DNA from: a virus
Taxonomy: Duplodnaviria; Caudoviricetes
Virus record (IMG/VR): IMGVR_UViG_3300025653_004519
Span: 1-52,464 of that record
Length of the DNA: 52,464 nucleotides
Strand: one strand, 5' to 3'
The notes under the pieces were generated by a model that did no database searches, was not told the origin of the DNA, and saw nothing but the letters and a program-made list of their open reading frames with translations. Made by a program: the position numbers and the translations under genes. Shown here in pieces: positions 1 through 9,745 of the stretch. Each line of letters begins with the position of its first letter. Positions within the stretch are counted from its first letter, which is position 1.

Positions 1-516
1 AATAATTGAATCTGTATCAGTTCCATATATTAATAGTGTTGCACCAGTAGATAAATCTAAATCACCAATAGTTAGTGTAAAGGTCTCACCATCGTTATCA
101 ACTATTACTATTGTTGATGTGTTTAAATCTAAAGATGTTATAGTATATAGTGGAGAAGTAGATGTTAAAGTAGATTTTGAGTTATCTACAAATGTTACTT
201 CATTATCTAAATCAGTAAACTCAATTGAACCTGGTTTAATTTTTTCACCATATTTTTCTTGTGGTAACGAAATAATTTGAAATAAATCTGATTTTACTCT
301 TTCAGATGCTATATTTGCTACATTAGATGTACTACCATATAAATTAAAAACATTTGCATCATCTCTATAATATTTTGCAAGTATAGATTTGTATTTAGAT
401 TTATTAATCGATAGTGAGGCAGATTCTAATGGATATGTACCATTATCAATTGTCCACTCTTTATAAACATTAAAAGAGCGTTTGGTAATATTCGATTTTG
501 GTATTGTCTTTAACAT
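1..516 (-). CDS. Virion/baseplate-associated protein, truncated by window edge
   Basis: Read by hand: ATG at 516 (MLKTIPKSNITKRSFNVYKEW...), frame open to position 1. The IISLPQEKYGEKIKPGS segment echoes the YVINVARGRYKEKMDAG segment of the next gene. Late motif and AGAGGA lie upstream. Confidence 0.7.
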   Translation of the reverse strand, partial: MLKTIPKSNITKRSFNVYKEWTIDNGTYPLESASLSINKSKYKSILAKYYRDDANVFNLYGSTSNVANIASERVKSDLFQIISLPQEKYGEKIKPGSIEFTDLDNEVTFVDNSKSTLTSTSPLYTITSLDLNTSTIVIVDNDGETFTLTIGDLDLSTGATLLIYGTDTDSII

Positions 517-531
517 AGTGTAATTCCTCTA

Positions 532-540
532 TATAAATAT
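532..540 (-). promoter_or_regulatory. Putative late promoter ATATTTATA
   Basis: One of 11 intergenic copies just upstream of minus-strand starts. Confidence 0.7.
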
Positions 541-548
541 ATGGAAAT

Positions 549-574
549 AAAAAACCCCATTCACGATGGGGTTT
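549..574 (-). terminator. Intrinsic terminator
   Basis: AAACCCCAT-CGTGA-ATGGGGTTT followed by a T-run on the minus strand. Confidence 0.85.
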
Positions 575-601
575 GTTATGTTTGAAATGTGTACCTACGG
601 T

Positions 602-1819
602 TTAAAAATCAAGTTTTACTTTGATTAATACTTCTTTATCAAATGATTTTGGAATTGGTTGTGATGTTTTAGCCACAGCAATCATTTCATTTGAGTTATT
701 ATATAAACCAACAGTTGTAATAAATGTATTTGGATTTGTTTCAAATGTTGATTCTGCGAATGAACCATCTGAACCTGTTATGAATGATGGATTATTTGAA
801 AAGTTAAATTCTCTGTTAGTTGCTCTTACGAAGTAATGAGAAGTAGAAACATTTTCTGTTCTTCTTGCTTCGAAATCACCACCTTGTGCAATCGCATCAA
901 ATAAATATTGTTGGTTTTTAGCACTTGCGTTTGTAGCGAGTGAACCAACTAAACTTGAACCATATACACTTCCTGCAGCATTTTGTAATGCATTTGGATT
1001 AAGTACGATTAATCCTTGGTCAGGATAGAATAATCCAAATCCTTGTCCTTGTCCATCTCCAGAACCAGTAGCATATGTAGTGTTTGTACTTGCTTCATCT
1101 TCTGTTCCTAATTTTAATCTTCCTTCTACTACATTAAATACTCTACCAGCTTTACCAACTGAATCTGAGAATTTCTTACCACTATCATCGATAAGTGTAA
1201 TAGTTCTTGTACCTGTTAATTTTAGTGACCAGTTTCCAGCATCCATTTTTTCTTTATATCTTCCTCTTGCAACATTGATTACATAGATGGCATCTGAATC
1301 GTGTGTTCCTGCAGCTGATGAAGATACAAATGTAAATTGACTATCATCTGTTTCTAATAAAATTTGTTTATATTGAGCATAAGTTGCTTTAGTTTCTAAA
1401 GTAGATGTATCATCACCAGATAATGCCGGTGAACCTAAACCTGTTCTATTTCCATAAGCAATTGAGAATTGTACTGATGAAGTTGCTGCCGTATCATAAA
1501 CATTATAATAATATTTACCACTCGTTGCAGCTACTTGAGCAGATGAAGTATAGAAAGTTCTTAAACTTCCAGTATCTCCACTCCATAGACCAGTAGTTAC
1601 TACTTCTACTTTACCTGTGATTTGGTCAAACTCACCAAAACTTTTGTAGATACCATTTGATATCTGACCTCCTGTGCTACCTAATTTATCACCACCACTT
1701 AAGTACTGGTTGATAATCTGTGTTAATTGTTCAGAAGTATAGTTACCTTGGTTTTCCGATAGGTAAGTAGCTAATTCTTGAGATAAATTTACTCCTGCTT
1801 GTCCTTGTATTGTTGCCAT
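602..1819 (-). CDS. Baseplate/tail-collar structural protein
   Basis: C-terminal ITTVGLYNNSNEMIAVAK resembles the ExGL...IAVA tail-collar/fibre attachment motif; lies in the structural module. Confidence 0.6.
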   Translation of the reverse strand: MATIQGQAGVNLSQELATYLSENQGNYTSEQLTQIINQYLSGGDKLGSTGGQISNGIYKSFGEFDQITGKVEVVTTGLWSGDTGSLRTFYTSSAQVAATSGKYYYNVYDTAATSSVQFSIAYGNRTGLGSPALSGDDTSTLETKATYAQYKQILLETDDSQFTFVSSSAAGTHDSDAIYVINVARGRYKEKMDAGNWSLKLTGTRTITLIDDSGKKFSDSVGKAGRVFNVVEGRLKLGTEDEASTNTTYATGSGDGQGQGFGLFYPDQGLIVLNPNALQNAAGSVYGSSLVGSLATNASAKNQQYLFDAIAQGGDFEARRTENVSTSHYFVRATNREFNFSNNPSFITGSDGSFAESTFETNPNTFITTVGLYNNSNEMIAVAKTSQPIPKSFDKEVLIKVKLDF

Positions 1820-1836
1820 CTTATTATTTTCCTATA

Positions 1837-2466
1837 TTAACTTGGTTGTACATAAGTAACTGTTACTGGTATTGATTGTGAACCTCCAGTCTCATTACCA
1901 TATACAGTAATAGTTGTTTTAATTGTTGTTGTAATATTCGGATTAGGAATAAATACAAATGTTAATCCTGTCTCAACAGCAGCAGTTGTAGTAATTTCAT
2001 CACCTAAGAATGAAGGTACAGTTCCTGCTCCACTTGATATTCCACTTCCAACAATCGAACCTGCGTTCTTATTAGAAAGAATTACAGTATATCCACTTTG
2101 TGTATTACCACTTGGTGAAGTTGTTGGTGAAAGTTGTACTTGTCCTGAATTTTGGTTGACTGATATTGAAGGGATACCAAACTCAACTTTAGGAATTTTA
2201 GTAGTACCTTTTGGTAAGGTAACTAACTTATATTTTAAAACTTGAGTTTCATCAGGAGATGCTTCAGTAATTGGTATTGCCTTAATTGCTGAATCATAAT
2301 AAGCACTTCCTTTTGGATGTGCTGGTTCATAAAGGGTATAATCTACTTCGTCATCACCCAAAGCGAACTTTGTGATGTTTAAACCTTGTCCAGCTGCTAA
2401 CTTCTCTCTACCCTTCTTAGTAAGAATTGCATCTACTGTGATTTCGGTGTTATCTAAATAAGCCAT
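1837..2466 (-). CDS. Baseplate/tail-collar structural protein
   Basis: N-terminal ILTKKGREKLA...ITKFALGD resembles the N-terminus of P2 gpH/tail-collar fibre proteins. Confidence 0.6.
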   Translation of the reverse strand: MAYLDNTEITVDAILTKKGREKLAAGQGLNITKFALGDDEVDYTLYEPAHPKGSAYYDSAIKAIPITEASPDETQVLKYKLVTLPKGTTKIPKVEFGIPSISVNQNSGQVQLSPTTSPSGNTQSGYTVILSNKNAGSIVGSGISSGAGTVPSFLGDEITTTAAVETGLTFVFIPNPNITTTIKTTITVYGNETGGSQSIPVTVTYVQPS

Positions 2467-2497
2467 AATTTAAATTCCTTGTTAATGTTATTCAATA

Positions 2498-2506
2498 TAT
2501 AAATAT
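2498..2506 (-). promoter_or_regulatory. Putative late promoter ATATTTATA
   Basis: Repeated intergenic motif upstream of 2466. Confidence 0.7.
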
Positions 2507-2535
2507 AACTATTTTAAAAATTAGTTAAATTACTT

Positions 2536-5500
2536 TTAATCTACTTCTAAAATTGGTTCACCACTACCTCTACCCGCATCTGATACTCTAAGAGTATTTG
2601 GATTAGTTGTAAATGTTTGAACTGGTGCACCACCATCTAAAGTAGTTGATTGTGTTTGTTTAGAGCCATTAAAAAATGAGTTCTCTAAACCAGTTGTTAA
2701 ATCTGTTGTGTTTCTATAATGTGTTGGGAAATATCCATTTAATGGAGTTACAGAAACAATATCACCTCCACTTGGAGTTGTAGAACCACTAAATGGTAAA
2801 ATGGTAACTTTGTGTCTATATTTTGTTATAGTTTCAAGTTCAGTTCCCATTGATGAATCGAGGCTGTTAATATTTTTTGGTACATCTTCTGTATAAGATT
2901 GTTTCAATAAAAATACTTTTACTCTATCCTTTACAATGTTATTATTAAATAATCTTGTTCTTGTTACAGTTCCATCTTTTCCATATAAACCAAATCCCGC
3001 TACTGATAGTGAATCAGGGTCCATTCCAACTGATTGATACTGAGTAGATTCATATTGACCTTGTACTGAACCTGTTACTTGAGCATCTACTGTTATAGAA
3101 ATACCACCCATATCGGAACCTGAATTTCTTGTTATCGTTCCTTCTAATGTTGTAGTATCGGTATTTGTTATAGTTGCTGAATAATCTGATTTTGTACCAC
3201 TTAAAGTTGTATCTGATTCTGTATCAATAATAACCGAATACTGTGAATTTTCTCCTTTAAGAGTTATTTCTTGAGATGCAGTTACCAATGCATTATATTG
3301 TGGGTTTGTAGAAATAACATTTACATCTTGTTCTACATCTATTGATGAAGTAAGTGAACTAAGTGTACCACTTGGTTTTGTCCATTTAGTTTTACTTCTT
3401 TCTAATACATGAGGTTCAATTAATAATCCACTTGAAACTTTTGCTCTTGCAGGTACAAGTGATTCTAAAGTTTTGAAAAGTGATTTATCAATATATCTTA
3501 CTAATTGAATATATTCATGTAAATTTAAAGTATATCTACTAAAGTAATAATTTCTTAATGTTTTTAAATCAGTATATTCATCCGAGTATTCATCTGCCGG
3601 ATTACCAATATAATTATCAATATTAAAATCACCTAAACTTTTAACAATATCTAAATTAACTTCTTTTATTGGTGAAAAGAATAATCCTAATCTATTTGAA
3701 TCAACAGGTGATTGGTCAAATGATTTTTTAGTTGCTCTTTGTCTATAAGATAAATCAATTAATTTTGTTTGAGTTTCAAATCTTACTTTGTTTGCAAAGT
3801 TAAATCCTGTTGAAGGTACATTTGCTGTTACATCTCTATCATAAGGAGTGTATTGATAAGGATAAGTTGTATTGTTATCGAAATTACTTGCCGTTGAATA
3901 TGATGCATATGTTGATGTTACTGCAACATTTTTGATTGCCGTATCACCACTTGAATGTCTATTCTTTGGATATTCAAAATCGTTTCTAAAGAATAAATCA
4001 TGAGTAGAAGCAGATATGTGATTACCATCAATTGCTTCTGGCATCATTGTGTGATTATCAATTCTTGATTGAGATAATGGTGTTCTCCATAATCTAAATT
4101 CATCAACTGAACCTGTAAATGTTTTACCTAAATGTAGTTCACCTGTATATTCCCACCCTTTTGTTGTTGCAGATAATGAAGCCGATACTTGATTTCTTAT
4201 TCTTCCTTGGAATGATTCTTTTGCAAATACTTCAAATGTATCTGAACTTCCACTTGTTCTATTAACAACGATATGTGTATATTCATCATTAAAGAAAGGA
4301 ATTAATGGTGTACTTGCTGAATCTGGTCCTACTGTAAGTTGTATTTTTGCAAGTGAACCAGTATCTTTTAAAATATCTAATGATAAATTTGAACCACTTA
4401 AAATTTGTTGATTTTGTCTTTGTTCTGTATTTAATCTAATTTCAACAGAGTTAGGCCAATCATTACTTAATGTATTGCTAAATTGTTTCCATGGTACTAT
4501 GATTGAACTACCACTAACTAATTCTATAGCTGCCGTTCTATCTTCAAAAGTAAACTGAGTTGTACCACTTTGAGTTGGGTCTTTTGGCCCACCAAATTCC
4601 ATGATAGTTAACATTGATGAAGGTACACCATAACAACTCATTGCCGCATGAAGTGCTCTCTTTGTACCCTTGTGTTTACTTAGATAAGGTAAGTTATTTA
4701 ATAACCTCCTCCAAATTTCATGTTGTCTATCTTTTGGTGTTAATACTGATTTTTGACTTCCATCTCCTCTTGTCTCTTTTTCTTTGTTCCAATATCCAAA
4801 TGCATATTCCCAAAGTAATTGACTTTCAGCACCTGAATCTGCATTAAATCCAAACGATTCTAATAGGTGATAAACTAAATCATCTTTTATACCTGTTTCA
4901 TATTTATGTTCTAATTTTTTTGAACGAGATATACCTTTTATATGTGTATGTATAGTATCAAAGTGTTGACCTATCATATCAAAGAATAAAGTAAATTCAC
5001 TATTTTTATCATCTAATAAAATGTACTCTGGTAAATTATTTGATAATCTTGATGAATTATTATAATCGTAATGCCTTGAAGATGATATAATATTAGAATA
5101 CCAACCTGTAACTGATATATCACTTGATGCAGATAGTTCATTTAATCCAGCACCAGGATAAGTTAATGAACCACTTGTTTGATAAAGATGTTTTTCAAAA
5201 GCATCAAATCCTTTTTTAACATTATTTATTTTTGTTTGTAATTTAGTTTTTTGATTTGATAATGAAATTGTTGATTCTTTAGTATCTATTTCATCAATTT
5301 TATCTTGATATGATTCTATTAATTTTACTTTATAGAAAAAGTTTTCACTTCTTTCTTCTGCAGAAGAGTATTTAACAAACTCATTCCAATTATATACTTC
5401 ACTACCATATGGTAATATAAGGTTAGCAGAACCATTATATTCTTCGAATAATTTTTCTTTTTGTTTAGTAAATTGAATATTAAAACTTGATAAACTAAAA

Positions 5501-7854
5501 TTACTCGATGATACATATTCATTTATTATTTCAGTTGATGATGATGAACCACTTGCAATGATATCATCTAACATTTCATATCCAATTGAATCAGTTACAT
5601 CTAAGTTAAAGTTTGGTGTAAGTGGTTTACACTCTTTAGAAAAATCTTCAGTAATTTCTATTTCATCAATTAAAGGTACTGATTGTATTTTAGATAACCA
5701 CACAACATCATTTGTTCCAATATTTCTTGGTAGTGGTTCATATAATTTTAATACAATTGATTTTTCAACATTTCTATACTTTGTTTGATTTGTTTCTTCA
5801 TCGGTATATTGTTCTGAAAATGTTAAATCGTCAATACCCCAAGTTGAAATTAATTTGTTATTACCACTTCCAAGATGTAAGTAATGAGAAAGTAAAGGTG
5901 AAGTATCTCTAATTAATTTTTTTGAATCAATATTATTTAAAAATGCCTGTCTTAAATCAGCTACAACATTTCCTCTTCTTAGTTTTAAATCTCCTTTATC
6001 AAAAGTAATAGTAATATTTTCTTCTTTACCTTCTGTTAAGGAATCTCCTTCTTCGTTAAAAGGTACAAAAATTAATTTAAATAAAACTATATTTGCATCT
6101 AAATCTAAATTATTTCCAGCTACTCTTAAAACATCTTCTACATTAAAATCTGCTAAAGATGATGCCGGAAACTGTCCTAAAAATGTTTGATTACTTCTTT
6201 TTCCTGCAAATACTCTAACATAATTTGTATTGATTGATTGCCAAGAAACTCTGAAAGGTACATTATATTCTTGAAAATCCGCTCCTTTTATATTTTGTGG
6301 ATAATTAATGTGAGTAATATCAGGACCAGGTAAATAATCTTTTTGTATTACATTTACTAATATTTTTTTGTAATCACCACTACCTCCTCTATTAGAAACA
6401 GGTTGTAAATAAATTACATAATTACCAACACCATTTAAGAAATCCGATTTGGTTAATATTAATGAACCACTTCTTGAAATTTTCTTTTTAGTTTTTCCAA
6501 GTTGGAAATGAACAATATCTGTGTAAGTTGTCTCATATCCTATTTTTAAAGGCTCTTTACTATTAATATTGTATGTTACAAAATCAACTTCCGCCCTTAG
6601 ATTTGGTTTTGTTGGTGGAGGTGTAATCTCTGCTCTTTTTGCAGATACTTTTATAATTTGGTTGTATGGAGATACAACAAATTTTGCATCTATATTTGGT
6701 ATTTCTTTAGTGGGTTTACTATTTTTTGTGTTACCTGTAATGTATTGGTATGAAACATCATGAGTATATGAGGATATACCTACACCAAAAAATTCAATAG
6801 TTGGTTTTATTAAATTCTCACCAGTTAATTGTAATTTACCTGAACTTGGTAATTTACCACTATCACCCCAAGATGTAGTATATTGTATAATACCATCACC
6901 CGCCAAATCTGATTCAATATCAATTATGTATGGAATTGGTAGTGGTGGTGGGTTTATTGACTCCAAAGTAAATGATAAAGCTGCACTTGCTTTTGGTGAT
7001 TTATTATCATTACCAAGAATAGGAACAACTAATCCTTTCGTATCTAATTCAGAATCATATGGTCTTGCTATAGCAACCTTTCTTGAGTTAAATCCTCTTT
7101 TTTGAATTACAAAAGTATAATATTCGTAACTAATATTTCCAAGAATTAATTCAGGTCTTTTTATTGTTTTTGGCTTTACAGGTCTTGTGTATCCAAGATA
7201 TACATCTGGTACAGCCGTATTTCCAAATCCACTTAATCGTAGTGGAGAACTTCCAATGTTTCTAATTTCAGGTAGATTATATGTACCATATGTTTTTATT
7301 GCTTCACCACTAATATTAACTCCAATATCAGCAAATCTAGCTTCATCTAAGATTACATCCTCTTCTGGTAATAAATCTACAATAGGTTTTATTTCTTTTG
7401 TTAGTGTTTGTTTTAATGCAAAGATAGTATATTCTTCTTTGGCTCTACCATTAACATTGGAAATAGTAATAGTTTTTGGAGTTAGAACTTCTTTAGCAGA
7501 AAGTACTAATGTATTTTTTTGTTGTTTATCTACTCTTTTTCCATCTAAAAGTATATCTCTAAATGGTTGATTAGCGTTTAAACTTAATTCTATACTCTTA
7601 TCTTTTATAGGTTGAGTTGGTACAGAATAAGAACAACTTCCATCATCTACGGTTGCAAGTGGATTATAATTTAGTGAAGTTGGGTCTGTACATCCTCTAA
7701 TAATATTTACAGGTCTTGAACCCCCACCTCCACCGGCAGGTAAGTCTAAAAGAACATCATCTCTGAAACCAAAGTTTTCTGCACTATCATATCCCCCCAA
7801 TGATTCTACTTGAGTTGATTGTTGGTCAAAAAATATTTTCTCTTTCTGTGCCAT
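2536..7854 (-). CDS. Large baseplate wedge protein (P2 gpI/T4 gp7-like core) with LamG-like domain
   Basis: YLSKHKGTKRALH (KGT motif); FTGSVDEFRLWRTPLS (LamG-like); one N-terminal GCTDP...DDGSC repeat. Confidence 0.65.
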   Translation of the reverse strand: MAQKEKIFFDQQSTQVESLGGYDSAENFGFRDDVLLDLPAGGGGGSRPVNIIRGCTDPTSLNYNPLATVDDGSCSYSVPTQPIKDKSIELSLNANQPFRDILLDGKRVDKQQKNTLVLSAKEVLTPKTITISNVNGRAKEEYTIFALKQTLTKEIKPIVDLLPEEDVILDEARFADIGVNISGEAIKTYGTYNLPEIRNIGSSPLRLSGFGNTAVPDVYLGYTRPVKPKTIKRPELILGNISYEYYTFVIQKRGFNSRKVAIARPYDSELDTKGLVVPILGNDNKSPKASAALSFTLESINPPPLPIPYIIDIESDLAGDGIIQYTTSWGDSGKLPSSGKLQLTGENLIKPTIEFFGVGISSYTHDVSYQYITGNTKNSKPTKEIPNIDAKFVVSPYNQIIKVSAKRAEITPPPTKPNLRAEVDFVTYNINSKEPLKIGYETTYTDIVHFQLGKTKKKISRSGSLILTKSDFLNGVGNYVIYLQPVSNRGGSGDYKKILVNVIQKDYLPGPDITHINYPQNIKGADFQEYNVPFRVSWQSINTNYVRVFAGKRSNQTFLGQFPASSLADFNVEDVLRVAGNNLDLDANIVLFKLIFVPFNEEGDSLTEGKEENITITFDKGDLKLRRGNVVADLRQAFLNNIDSKKLIRDTSPLLSHYLHLGSGNNKLISTWGIDDLTFSEQYTDEETNQTKYRNVEKSIVLKLYEPLPRNIGTNDVVWLSKIQSVPLIDEIEITEDFSKECKPLTPNFNLDVTDSIGYEMLDDIIASGSSSSTEIINEYVSSSNFSLSSFNIQFTKQKEKLFEEYNGSANLILPYGSEVYNWNEFVKYSSAEERSENFFYKVKLIESYQDKIDEIDTKESTISLSNQKTKLQTKINNVKKGFDAFEKHLYQTSGSLTYPGAGLNELSASSDISVTGWYSNIISSSRHYDYNNSSRLSNNLPEYILLDDKNSEFTLFFDMIGQHFDTIHTHIKGISRSKKLEHKYETGIKDDLVYHLLESFGFNADSGAESQLLWEYAFGYWNKEKETRGDGSQKSVLTPKDRQHEIWRRLLNNLPYLSKHKGTKRALHAAMSCYGVPSSMLTIMEFGGPKDPTQSGTTQFTFEDRTAAIELVSGSSIIVPWKQFSNTLSNDWPNSVEIRLNTEQRQNQQILSGSNLSLDILKDTGSLAKIQLTVGPDSASTPLIPFFNDEYTHIVVNRTSGSSDTFEVFAKESFQGRIRNQVSASLSATTKGWEYTGELHLGKTFTGSVDEFRLWRTPLSQSRIDNHTMMPEAIDGNHISASTHDLFFRNDFEYPKNRHSSGDTAIKNVAVTSTYASYSTASNFDNNTTYPYQYTPYDRDVTANVPSTGFNFANKVRFETQTKLIDLSYRQRATKKSFDQSPVDSNRLGLFFSPIKEVNLDIVKSLGDFNIDNYIGNPADEYSDEYTDLKTLRNYYFSRYTLNLHEYIQLVRYIDKSLFKTLESLVPARAKVSSGLLIEPHVLERSKTKWTKPSGTLSSLTSSIDVEQDVNVISTNPQYNALVTASQEITLKGENSQYSVIIDTESDTTLSGTKSDYSATITNTDTTTLEGTITRNSGSDMGGISITVDAQVTGSVQGQYESTQYQSVGMDPDSLSVAGFGLYGKDGTVTRTRLFNNNIVKDRVKVFLLKQSYTEDVPKNINSLDSSMGTELETITKYRHKVTILPFSGSTTPSGGDIVSVTPLNGYFPTHYRNTTDLTTGLENSFFNGSKQTQSTTLDGGAPVQTFTTNPNTLRVSDAGRGSGEPILEVD

Positions 7855-8735
7855 TACTTAATATTCCTTATATTTACTGGTCTACCTACGAAATCACCAG
7901 GATTAGTATATGGGTTTATTGGGTCTCCCCCACCTTCATCAAATAATACTTCATCTCTAAATGAACCACCTCCTCCACCAGAGCCTCCACCACCAACTGC
8001 TCCTGTACTTGGAGTTGTTGGAGTTTGAGTTACCATACCTTCTCCACAAAGATTACCCTTTATAACTTTAATACCAGGCATTTCTGATATACTTCCTTCT
8101 TGTGCACATACTGTAATAGAACCTCCAATTTCTATTTCAAGTGATGTAACTGTGTTTCCTAATTCATCTTTATATGATACGGCTATAGGTTGTCCTTTAA
8201 ATCCTAAAATACCTGCTCCACTATCTTCAAAATTATATGTTGAAGTAAATGTGTTTCCATATGTTCTTTCTCTAAAGATATCATTTTCATTGAAATCAAA
8301 ATCATTATAACCTCTATCATAGTTTGGAGTTCTATAATTTTTTATTGATGATTGATTTATAATTCTATAAAAATATGTAGTTTTCTTTCTTGTTATTTTT
8401 GGCACTTCTCTAACATCTCCAATAAAAGTTACTTTATTAACTTGATGTACTACTGTAAACGAATCGAACTCTACACCACTTAGGTTCTGAAGAGCTCCAT
8501 TTTTATCTACATAGTTTATTTCTCCTCTATCGGACCATACATAATATTTCTTTTTAACAATATTTACTTCTTCGGCATATTCACAACTTCCATCATCTAC
8601 TGTTGCAAGTGGATTATAATTTAGTGAAGTTGGGTCTGTACACCCTTTAACAACTAAATCTTCTTCTTCATATAAACAACTACCATCATCTTCTGTTGCT
8701 TCTGGATTATAGTTTTTAGAATTAGGGTCTGTACA
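7633..8735. repeat. Three GCTDP-x3-NYNP-x-AT-x-DDGSC repeats across two genes
   Basis: 7633-7692 and 8583-8642 match at 59 of 60 nt; a diverged copy sits at 8676-8735. Confidence 0.9.
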
Positions 8736-9743
8736 TCCTCTTACTGCTCCACTAATACTGTCTGGTATAGAACTTTCATATACTGAAATAGATGAAGTTG
8801 TTTTTAAAATATCTTTTACTTTATCTAAAGTTATTTGTTCTTCTTTTGTTAAAATACTATCTTTTATAATATCTCTTTTAAATAAAAATTTATCTATAAT
8901 GTTTATTAAAGAAGTTTCTAAATCAGATTGTAATTCTTTTAATGAAAGCTCAATACACTCTTGTTCGTTACCAAGAGGTTTGCCGTAGTTTAAATTATTA
9001 ATATCCCAACCATATCCTTCTACATAATATTTGATAGATTCAATCCACTTATCTCTAATCTTTAGTAAAAATATATCAAAATCATTGATTTTGAATTCTT
9101 TCTTAATTAAGTTAATATATTGTTTACCATCAGATTCAGTTCCTTTTCTAAGGGTAATAAAATCTTTTATTTTATCTAAATTAATACTATCAACATATTC
9201 TCTTATATTATAAATTATATCATCTCTAAATTGTTTTTTATCTGTAAAAACTGAATATCTTTTTTCTAAATCTTTATCTACTGCTTTATTTTTTAGAGGA
9301 AGAATTCTTACTTCTGTTCGAGATGGTGATATTTCGTGTATCCATGTTTTATCTAATCCTATTTCTGAACCAACTCTTCTGTTTAGAAATGTTACTTGAG
9401 TTTTAAAGATACCATTATTATATCCTGAATCTAATATTAGTTGTTGTAAATCAACAACATAATCTTCAGAATCATTCATTTTGTTTGTATAAGGATTTTT
9501 TGGTAAATTTAAGAAATATTTTTTATAATCTTCATCATCTGTTGAAATATATCTTACTAACTTTCCATCTTCACCTTGGGGCAATTGATTGTCATTAGAA
9601 TCATAAAGTATGAACTCAATCATATCATTACAACCCAATCCATAGTTTGATTTAGTTAACTCTTGTTCGAATATCTTTCTATCCTCAGATTCAACTAAAT
9701 AACCCTTTCGGTCTACTATTTCTTTAAACTCTTTAATTGCCAT
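7854..9743 (-). CDS. Putative virion protein with two GCTDP repeats and a Gly-rich C-terminus
   Basis: 629-aa ORF coupled to baseplate genes; IHEISPSRTEVRI motif. Confidence 0.6.
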   Translation of the reverse strand: MAIKEFKEIVDRKGYLVESEDRKIFEQELTKSNYGLGCNDMIEFILYDSNDNQLPQGEDGKLVRYISTDDEDYKKYFLNLPKNPYTNKMNDSEDYVVDLQQLILDSGYNNGIFKTQVTFLNRRVGSEIGLDKTWIHEISPSRTEVRILPLKNKAVDKDLEKRYSVFTDKKQFRDDIIYNIREYVDSINLDKIKDFITLRKGTESDGKQYINLIKKEFKINDFDIFLLKIRDKWIESIKYYVEGYGWDINNLNYGKPLGNEQECIELSLKELQSDLETSLINIIDKFLFKRDIIKDSILTKEEQITLDKVKDILKTTSSISVYESSIPDSISGAVRGCTDPNSKNYNPEATEDDGSCLYEEEDLVVKGCTDPTSLNYNPLATVDDGSCEYAEEVNIVKKKYYVWSDRGEINYVDKNGALQNLSGVEFDSFTVVHQVNKVTFIGDVREVPKITRKKTTYFYRIINQSSIKNYRTPNYDRGYNDFDFNENDIFRERTYGNTFTSTYNFEDSGAGILGFKGQPIAVSYKDELGNTVTSLEIEIGGSITVCAQEGSISEMPGIKVIKGNLCGEGMVTQTPTTPSTGAVGGGGSGGGGGSFRDEVLFDEGGGDPINPYTNPGDFVGRPVNIRNIK

Positions 9744-9745
9744 AA

